Below, in pieces: positions 1 to 6,437 of a DNA stretch of 15,628 nucleotides. Position 1 is the stretch's first letter. Every line of letters begins with the position of its first letter. Origin of the DNA: an uncultured Deinococcales bacterium (lineage in GTDB: Bacteria > Deinococcota > Deinococci > Deinococcales > JAAFIG01). The stretch is from contig CAXTTL010000110.1 in NCBI GenBank assembly GCA_964247135.1, positions 1 to 15,628 on the forward strand, written 5' to 3'. A program made the position numbers and the translations under genes. Below the pieces are notes generated by a model. That model saw only the letters and a program-made list of their open reading frames with translations, was not told the DNA's origin and did no database searches.

Positions 1-3000
1 GTACTGCCCTCGAGTGGACCTTTTTGGGCGAGATTGTGATTGACGGGGGCAACCACGGCGGCAGTCACGTCCGGTTTGGGGCGGCGTTCTTCAAAACGGC
101 GTTTTTGCGGCTCGAATTTTGGACGAGGTTGTGCGGGTTGACTCGAAGCGACTGGACTCGAGGCTGTCGGACTTGCGACAACCGAACTCGAGCTTGGAAT
201 TGGCGTCGTTGCGGTTTGTGGGTTTGGATTCTTTGGACGGTTGAATCGGCGGCGCGGGTCGTTGCGACCTTCAATTCGAGGTTCAGTACGAACTTCAGGG
301 CTACCCTCAACTCGAGCCTCCACGTTTGGACGGGGCGTTTGATTCGGGTTTTGGCGCGGGTGCTGGTTTGGATTCGGACGCGGGTGCTGGTTGGGGTTAA
401 CTCGAGCTTGGTTGTTGGGTTGCGTGCTCGGGCGTGAACCGTTCAATTGGTTGTTGCGGGTGTCACCAGCATTGCCACGCTCGTCGGCTTCCATGTTCTC
501 GCGGGTCCACTCGCCAAAGTACAACTTGCGGGCGGTGACCTTGACGGGTCTGGAGTATTCGCCGTGCATTTTACCGTCCAGTACGACCACACGGCGACGG
601 TTATCGCCTTTTAAAGCGGCTGGCTTTTGGACTCCAGCGCCGCCTGGGCGGTTGCGGAATTTTCCCATGGTGTTCTCCTTGACAGGCAGCGCAAGATCAA
701 TCTCGCGCCCGACTGCGTTGACGCGTTCGATGCGAACGCGCACTGGTGTGCCCAGACGGAACATCCGCCCTTGACGACCTTTGAAAGCTTGCGAACCTTG
801 AATGAAGGTGTATTGATCGTCTTTCATGTCCTCGTGGCGCATCAGACCTTCGACGCCATTCTCGAGGGTCACGAACACGCCGAACGGCATCACGCCGCTG
901 ATGTAACCGCGCCAGGTTTCACCAATTTTGCCTTGCGCCCATTTGCACTGGTAATACTTGTTCAGGTCGCGTTCGGCGCTGGTGGCGTTGCGTTCGCGCT
1001 CGCTCACAAACTCGCCCAGTTCGGGCAGGCTTTCGCGCAAAACCTCGCGTTTTTTGTCGTTTAATTTTTGTGCGATCACCAGTTTTAAAACGCGGTGCAC
1101 CAGCAAATCTGGGTAACGACGAATCGGGCTGGTGAAGTGCAAATAATCGCTAAACGCCAGCCCGAAATGACCTTTGTTCTCGCTCGAGTATTTGGCTTGA
1201 CGCAAGCTGCGCAGCAACAACGAGTTGACGGCGCTCTCTTGCGGCGTGCCGCGCACCGACGCCAAAATCTGTTGATAGGCTTGCGGGGTTGGCTCGAGCA
1301 GACCGGCTTGGGTCACGCCCATGCGGTTGAGGGCGTCCAAAAGTTCCTTGAAGCGCGTTTCGGCTGGGACTTCGTGAATGCGAAAAAGCGCGGGCGCGTC
1401 GTTTGCCAGCAAGAACGCCGCAATCAGGCGGTTTGCCAGCAGCATCAAATCTTCGATCAACCCTCGAGCCGTCTCTTCACGCACCGGCACCAGGCGCGGC
1501 GAACCGTCAGGCTCGAGCACGACCTTGACCTCAGACAGTTTGAAGTCCAGGCTGCCGTCGCGGAAGCGTTTTTCGCGCATTTTGGTGGTGAGCTTCAGCA
1601 GCAAATGCAAATCGCCTTCAACATCCCTGGCATGGTCGGGCATGGCGGATTTGCCCTCGGAGAATGACTGAACTTCGTTGTAAGTGAGTCGTGCTTTGGA
1701 GTGAATCACGCTGTTTCGCACGGCGTAATTGACCACATCACCCTCTGGGCTGAGTTCGACCAGCGCCGACACCGTGAGACGGTCTGCGAACGGCACGAGC
1801 GAGCAGACGCCGTTTGACAGACGCTCGGGCAGCATCGGCAGAACTTTTCCAGGCAGGTAAACGCTGGTTGCCCTGGTTTTGGCTTCAATGTCAAGCTTGC
1901 TGCCGTCGGTCACGTAATGCGAGACATCGGCAATATGAACGCCGACCAAGAAATTACCGTTGCCGAGCGGTTCGATGTGAATCGCATCGTCAAAATCTTT
2001 GGCATCCTCGCCGTCAATCGTGAACACGCGCTTGACCCGCAAATCGACCCGACCTTGCAGGGCTTTGACCGGAATCTCGAGCGGAATTTTTTCGGTCTCG
2101 AGCATCACGTCGCTTGGGAATTCGTCGCGCAGGTCAAACTTCACGACCACCGCTTGGGTTTCGACCTCTGGCGAGTCGCTGATGCCGAGCACGCTCGAGA
2201 TTTCACCGAACGGTTCGTCCTCGCCGGTGTTTTCGGGCCAGTGGAGTTTGGCGACCACCCGAGCGCCAGCCGAGAGGCGGTCACGGTAGGGCATCAGCAC
2301 AATGCGGTGCGGAATTTTGTTCTCGTCGGGGCGCAAAATCGCGTAACCCTGCCTGTACTCGAGTGTCCCAACCACTTCGTCGCGGTCACGCTCGAGAATG
2401 CGGATGACCACGCCGCGAGAACGGTTTTGGCTGCGTTCCTCGCGCACGACGACACGGTCGCCGTGCCAGGCGAACAAAGAATCTCTGGCGTCAATGCCAA
2501 ATTCTTTCATGCCTGGGGTTTCGGGTTGCACGATGCCGCCACGGTTGCCAGTCAGGCTGTAGCGCCCAACGACCAGGTTGACATCTCGAGGCAAGCCGTA
2601 AGTGTGACGGCGCACCAGCGTTAAACGCCCTGCGGCGACCAGATTCTCGAGTGAATCCTCGAGTCCCTTGCGTCCGCCAAGACGCTCGTAATCAAAAGCG
2701 GGCAGGCGTTTGGCAATGTCGCGCACCTGATGCGCCCTGGGGTTGGCGCGGAAAAATTCGAGCAGCGCCTCGAGCGGGTCGAGCGGCGCTTTTTGGGTTT
2801 CAAAAATGTTCGTTCGTCCAGCTTTTCGCGCCCGCACGGTCGGCTTGCTGGTTTCTGGCACCGGAATCGGTTTTAAGGTTTCTGCGTCCAGATTCTCGAT
2901 TGGGGTTTCGTCAAGCTGTTCAGGTTCGAGCGAAACTGATTTTGATGTTTCAAGCTCCAGTGGAACAATTGTAGGCTCGAGGCTTACCGTTTCGAGCGGC

Positions 3001-3620
3001 AACAACTCGAGTTGTTGCACTTTGGGAATAATCTTTTTGCGCCCACGGGTTTTCTTGGGTGCTTCAGTCACTTCTGGCGTTGAAGCTTCGCCAACCTTGG
3101 GCTTTACAGGTTCAAGGGTTTCAGGCTCGAACAGCACAGCTTCTGGATCGAGTAACACTTCGGGTCTGGCGCGTCTGGTTTTTGGTTTGAGCGCTGGTGA
3201 CGTGGTGACCTCTACAGGCGCAACGAGAACGGGCGCAGCAAGCAGCGCCCCTACGGTTTTTTGCTTGCTTTGAACTTTGGGTTTGCTTTCAATTTCGATC
3301 ACAGGTTTTGATTCGGTGGTTGCTTCCTCAAGAACTTTTTTGCTGCGTCCTCGGGTTTTAGGCGCGGTTTCGAGTAAGACAGATTCTGGAGGCTCGGGTA
3401 CAACTGGGTTGCTCACCTCGAGCGTGACGGAGTCCTGCACCTCGAGCACCGGCACAACAAATTCAACGGGAGCGGACTTCTTCGCACCTCGAGGGACAGA
3501 TTTCTTCGCTTTGCCGTTCAAAGCGTCCTGGATTTGGGTTGGTTGAGTTTCCTCAACGGCTTTTTTCCTCGGTTTTTTCGAGGCGGGCGCTTTCGCACCT
3601 TTTACAACAGACTGGCTAAT
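1..3620 (-). CDS. rnr: Ribonuclease R (RNB family) with long disordered N- and C-terminal extensions; 3' end lies outside the window
   Basis: Manual translation of the minus frame (codons start at positions = 2 mod 3) showed no stop in the segments I read (3620-2500, the motif regions, 720-1). Catalytic motif FTIDGEDAKDFDDAI at about 2024-1980, then VHIADVSHYV, ATSVYLPGKVLPMLPERLSNGVCSL, HFTSPIRRYPDLLVHR (about 1139-1092) and an S1-like region ending ..REIDLALP (about 690). Start set at ATT 3620 because SD AAGGAG lies 5 nt upstream and an in-frame TGA lies 11 codons upstream. Confidence 0.95.
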   Translation of the reverse strand, partial: MSQSVVKGAKAPASKKPRKKAVEETQPTQIQDALNGKAKKSVPRGAKKSAPVEFVVPVLEVQDSVTLEVSNPVVPEPPESVLLETAPKTRGRSKKVLEEATTESKPVIEIESKPKVQSKQKTVGALLAAPVLVAPVEVTTSPALKPKTRRARPEVLLDPEAVLFEPETLEPVKPKVGEASTPEVTEAPKKTRGRKKIIPKVQQLELLPLETVSLEPTIVPLELETSKSVSLEPEQLDETPIENLDAETLKPIPVPETSKPTVRARKAGRTNIFETQKAPLDPLEALLEFFRANPRAHQVRDIAKRLPAFDYERLGGRKGLEDSLENLVAAGRLTLVRRHTYGLPRDVNLVVGRYSLTGNRGGIVQPETPGMKEFGIDARDSLFAWHGDRVVVREERSQNRSRGVVIRILERDRDEVVGTLEYRQGYAILRPDENKIPHRIVLMPYRDRLSAGARVVAKLHWPENTGEDEPFGEISSVLGISDSPEVETQAVVVKFDLRDEFPSDVMLETEKIPLEIPVKALQGRVDLRVKRVFTIDGEDAKDFDDAIHIEPLGNGNFLVGVHIADVSHYVTDGSKLDIEAKTRATSVYLPGKVLPMLPERLSNGVCSLVPFADRLTVSALVELSPEGDVVNYAVRNSVIHSKARLTYNEVQSFSEGKSAMPDHARDVEGDLHLLLKLTTKMREKRFRDGSLDFKLSEVKVVLEPDGSPRLVPVREETARGLIEDLMLLANRLIAAFLLANDAPALFRIHEVPAETRFKELLDALNRMGVTQAGLLEPTPQAYQQILASVRGTPQESAVNSLLLRSLRQAKYSSENKGHFGLAFSDYLHFTSPIRRYPDLLVHRVLKLVIAQKLNDKKREVLRESLPELGEFVSERERNATSAERDLNKYYQCKWAQGKIGETWRGYISGVMPFGVFVTLENGVEGLMRHEDMKDDQYTFIQGSQAFKGRQGRMFRLGTPVRVRIERVNAVGREIDLALPVKENTMGKFRNRPGGAGVQKPAALKGDNRRRVVVLDGKMHGEYSRPVKVTARKLYFGEWTRENMEADERGNAGDTRNNQLNGSRPSTQPNNQARVNPNQHPRPNPNQHPRQNPNQTPRPNVEARVEGSPEVRTEPRIEGRNDPRRRFNRPKNPNPQTATTPIPSSSSVVASPTASSPVASSQPAQPRPKFEPQKRRFEERRPKPDVTAAVVAPVNHNLAQKGPLEGS
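327..398 (-). repeat. Three imperfect 24-nt tandem units encoding NPNQHPRP / NPNQHPRQ / NPNQTPRP in the RNase R tail
   Basis: Read directly from the translation of the rnr frame. Confidence 0.8.
666..680 (-). promoter_or_regulatory. Candidate internal in-frame translation initiation site in rnr (AAGGAG-6 nt-ATG)
   Basis: Minus strand reads gtcAAGGAGaacaccATGggaaaa. The ATG at 668 is in the rnr frame immediately after the S1 domain. Confidence 0.55.
3231..3254 (-). repeat. GTAG-type REP-like palindrome embedded in frame in rnr (encodes VGALLAAP)
   Basis: Minus strand GTAG-GGGCGCTGC-TT-GCTGCGCCC: a GTAG tag followed by a GC-rich palindrome with one mismatch, the layout of RAYT-associated REPs. 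Confidence 0.6.
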
Positions 3621-3834
3621 ACAAACTCCTTCACCCTGAAAAACTTGTTTTCAGGAAACCCGAGTGCATAATCCGTGACCTCGAGCAAGATCATGTTGCG
3701 CTCATCACGGCTGATGCCGAATGACTCCCACTGTTGGGTAGCGCTTGTTGAGATGGCGTTGTTCTTCACGCAGAACTTAATTCCTTCGGGGGGCTGAAAA
3801 ACGCAGGTACGTTTAAAGTCCTCATCCGAGACCT
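3621..3834 (-). promoter_or_regulatory. Putative ~214-nt structured 5' leader of rnr
   Basis: Lies between the extended -10 (3849-3841) and the ATT start. Contains hairpins at 3761-3776, 3727-3738, 3703-3716, 3676-3693 and 3635-3655. Confidence 0.45.
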
Positions 3835-3840
3835 GAGGGT

Positions 3841-3849
3841 AGTATAGCA
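3841..3849 (-). promoter_or_regulatory. Extended -10 promoter element for rnr (TGcTATACT)
   Basis: Minus strand atTGC-type motif reads aaaaTGcTATACT; an A 7 nt downstream (3834) is a plausible transcription start. Confidence 0.6.
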
Positions 3850-3935
3850 TTTTGGGGCGCCCGAAAACTGCGCCAAATGACCTATTCGCAATCAAGCTCG
3901 AGCAGCACAGCTAAAATCCGTGATTTAGCGTTTGT

Positions 3936-4346
3936 TTAAGAATCCTCGAGCAAATCGCGCAAATACTGTGGAATCGGCACGGTGCGTTTTTCAAAATCGG
4001 TTGCCATGTGCTCGGTAAACCCTTCGGCTAAAAGTAAATTGTCGCTGGCACGTTCAACGGCGTACTCGAAACGAACCATGCGCGATTTTAAACTGCCAAG
4101 TCGGGTGGTTAATATTATTGTGTCGTCAAAGACGGCTGGACGGCGGTATTTCACGCCAACGCTCGTGACCACCAAGTACACGCCGCGCTTCTCGACCTCG
4201 GAATATGGCAAACCCAACTCCTCGAGGAACGCCACGCGTCCCATCTCGAGCCAGATCACGTAATTGCTGTGATGCGCGATGCCCATCGCGTCGGTTTCTG
4301 CATAACGAACCTTGAATTGCAGTTGGGATTGCACCGCTTTTTTCAT
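3936..4346 (-). CDS. Acyl-CoA thioesterase, YbgC/FadM (4HBT hotdog) family
   Basis: Signature VRYAETDAMGIAHHSNYVIWLEMGR and YRRPAVFDD. ATG 4346 (MKKAV..) is preferred over 4379, which overlaps rbfA by 23 nt. Confidence 0.9.
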   Translation of the reverse strand: MKKAVQSQLQFKVRYAETDAMGIAHHSNYVIWLEMGRVAFLEELGLPYSEVEKRGVYLVVTSVGVKYRRPAVFDDTIILTTRLGSLKSRMVRFEYAVERASDNLLLAEGFTEHMATDFEKRTVPIPQYLRDLLEDS

Positions 4347-4356
4347 AAGATTTTTT

Positions 4357-4647
4357 TCATACAAAACTGTTCGCCGCATCCAAAAACTCGAGCAGCGGCG
4401 TGCGTTTCATCCGAACCTCTCGGGCGATGGCGCGTTGCAACAAGCCTTTCGCGCCGTTCAACGCCTCGAGCATGGGGGCAACCTCGCCCAAACCCGACAC
4501 AAAAACTTTGGCGTTCATCAAATCGGTGCTGATCTGCACGCGGTCAATTGTGATCACAATTGGCAATCTGGGGTCGCTCAGTTCATGTATCGCGTTTGAT
4601 AAAACCCGAGCGATGGTGGATTCAACTTGCGAGGTGCGCTGGCTCAT
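4357..4647 (-). CDS. rbfA: 30S ribosome-binding factor A
   Basis: 96 aa with motifs ELSDPRL, VQISTDLMNAKVFVS and GLLQRAIAREVRMKRTPLLEF. Confidence 0.93.
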   Translation of the reverse strand: MSQRTSQVESTIARVLSNAIHELSDPRLPIVITIDRVQISTDLMNAKVFVSGLGEVAPMLEALNGAKGLLQRAIAREVRMKRTPLLEFLDAANSFV

Positions 4648-4651
4648 AAAA

Positions 4652-4787
4652 TAGCTCTAAGCTTTAAGCCACAAGCTCCAAGCTCGAGATTCCTGATGCC
4701 AGAAGGTTTAAAAAATGGCTGAAAAGAAGTTGCTTTTATTGCAATGAAACAAAAAGAATTTTGCTTAAAGCTTAAAGCTTGGAGCTT
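4652..4787. repeat. Two inverted arrays of AAGCnnn heptamer tandem repeats flanking an AT-rich spacer
   Basis: Left array 4652-4686: tagctct aagcttt aagccac aagctcc aagctcg. Right array 4760-4787, reverse complement: aagctcc aagcttt aagcttt aagcaaa. Confidence 0.75.
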
Positions 4788-4798
4788 ATCGCTGCCCT

Positions 4799-6124
4799 TC
4801 ATGATGCCCCGCCCACACGCCTGATGACACTGGCAACCGATTCGGCAAGTTCTTTGATTAAACTTTCGCTCGGACCTTCGATCATGACGCGCACCAGCGA
4901 TTCCGTGCCGCTGGGTCGCAAATTCACCCGTCCCAAGCCCGCCAGTTTTTGTTCGACCTCGAGCACGGCTTGTTGAACGTCTTTGTGTTGAGAAATCCCG
5001 TGCTTGTCGGCAACGCGCACGTTGACCAGGGTTTGCGGGAACAGCGGCATCTCGTTGCGCCACTCGAGCAGGCTTTTAGCGCTTTGCCTGATGGCTTTGA
5101 GGGTTTGCAGCGCGGTCATGATGCCGTCGCCGGTGGGTGCCGCGTCCAAAAACAGGGTGTGACCGCTCTGTTCGCCGCCCAGGGTAAAGCCTTTCTCGAG
5201 CATCCGCTCCAAAACGTAGCGGTCGCCGACGTTGGTGCGCTCGAGGTTGATGCCGTGCTCGCGGAGTTTGACTTCCAAGCCCATGTTGCTCATGAGCGTG
5301 GCGACCACGGTGCGTTCTTTGCGGGTCACGCCGTTGATGTAAAGTACGTGGTCGCCGTCGACCATTGCGCCGCCCGAGTCGACAAACAGGGCGCGGTCGG
5401 CGTCGCCGTCGAAGGCGATGCCGAGGTCAAACCCAAGGTCTTTGACGGTTCGCTGCAACACTTCGGGGTGGGTGCTGCCGCAGTTTAAATTGATGTTTTT
5501 GCCGTCTGGCGTGGTGAAAATCGTGAAAACATCCGCGCCGGCGCGTTGAAAGACTTTGGGAGCAATGTGAAATGCCGCACCGTTGGCGCAGTCGAGCACA
5601 ATTTTGACGCCCGTCAAATCTGGGGCGTGACTGAACAAGAAGTCGCCGTACAGGTTTTCGGCTTCGTGGTAATCCTTGACCGTGCCGAGTGCCACGCCCG
5701 TCAAGTCCGAAATGGGTTTCTCGAGGTTGGCTTCGATTTCGTGCTCTAAAGTGTCGGAGAGTTTTTCGCCGTTTGCGCCGAAGAATTTGATGCCGTTGTC
5801 CTGGTAGGGGTTGTGGGAGGCGCTGATGACCACGCCTGCGGTTGCCCCAAGTTGACGGGTCAGGTAACTGACCCCAGGGGTTGGAATGATGCCAATGTGA
5901 ATCACATCGACGCCCTGGGCGGTCAAGCCTGCCGCCAGCGCCGCCTCGAGCATGTCGCCGCTGCGCCGCGTGTCGCGCCCGATGACCACGCTGGGTTTGC
6001 GCGACTGGGTTTTGAAAACCTCGGCAGCCGCTTTCCCGAGGTTTAGGGTCCAAGTGGCGGTCAGTGGGTGTTGTCCCGCGACGCTGCGCACGCCGTCCGT
6101 ACCAAAAAATTTGCGATCAGCCAT
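4799..6124 (-). CDS. glmM: Phosphoglucosamine mutase
   Basis: FFGTDGVR N-terminus, GVVISASHNP phospho-Ser motif, DGDADR metal loop, GGEQSGH and RPSGTE; SD AAGGA upstream. Confidence 0.96.
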   Translation of the reverse strand: MADRKFFGTDGVRSVAGQHPLTATWTLNLGKAAAEVFKTQSRKPSVVIGRDTRRSGDMLEAALAAGLTAQGVDVIHIGIIPTPGVSYLTRQLGATAGVVISASHNPYQDNGIKFFGANGEKLSDTLEHEIEANLEKPISDLTGVALGTVKDYHEAENLYGDFLFSHAPDLTGVKIVLDCANGAAFHIAPKVFQRAGADVFTIFTTPDGKNINLNCGSTHPEVLQRTVKDLGFDLGIAFDGDADRALFVDSGGAMVDGDHVLYINGVTRKERTVVATLMSNMGLEVKLREHGINLERTNVGDRYVLERMLEKGFTLGGEQSGHTLFLDAAPTGDGIMTALQTLKAIRQSAKSLLEWRNEMPLFPQTLVNVRVADKHGISQHKDVQQAVLEVEQKLAGLGRVNLRPSGTESLVRVMIEGPSESLIKELAESVASVIRRVGGAS

Positions 6125-6183
6125 AAAAATTCCTTAAATGAGGGGTTTCTCGAGTGGTTCACCCGAGGCTTGAAGAGAGGGTC

Positions 6184-6192
6184 AGTCTATCA
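6184..6192 (-). promoter_or_regulatory. Extended -10 element for glmM (TGaTAGACT)
   Basis: Motif match about 60 nt upstream of the glmM ATG. Confidence 0.5.
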
Positions 6193-6437
6193 CCTTGATT
6201 TTTGTGGCACTGGGTTTTGATGCAGGCGCGTCAGGGTTTTGAAAATTCGCCATCAAATGAAAACGGTGACACACGCGAGTTTCGCCCAAAGTTGCACTCG
6301 GGTTCGGGAAATGGATTTAGATTTCATGCTAATTTAATGAAGATTCTGAACTTGGTTGAACCATAAAACGGGCTTCACAGACCCTGAGACCTATTTTATT
6401 TTTTAGCTTTGCTCGGAAACCACTTGGAGGTGGTTGA

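Noticed and set aside
24-3546. Many plus-strand ORFs (e.g. 627-1064, 1095-1667, 1917-2624, 2743-3273) and short minus ORFs in the track
   Set aside because: Antisense or out-of-frame shadows of the RNase R gene with no recognisable motifs.
3602-3895. 97-aa minus-strand ORF upstream of rnr
   Set aside because: TTG start without SD, begins upstream of the predicted rnr promoter, and runs over the rnr SD and start. A leader region explains it better, though translation of part of it is not excluded.
3910-3929. Hairpin after the thioesterase gene
   Set aside because: AT-rich bulged stem with no U-tract on the minus strand, too weak to call a terminator.
4652-4787. Possible CRISPR array here or at 9502-9526
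   Set aside because: Repeats are 7 or 11 bp, have no unique spacers, and no cas genes are present.
4644-5063. 139-aa minus ORF bridging glmM and rbfA
   Set aside because: Alternative frame of glmM running through the heptamer repeats, with no protein-like features.
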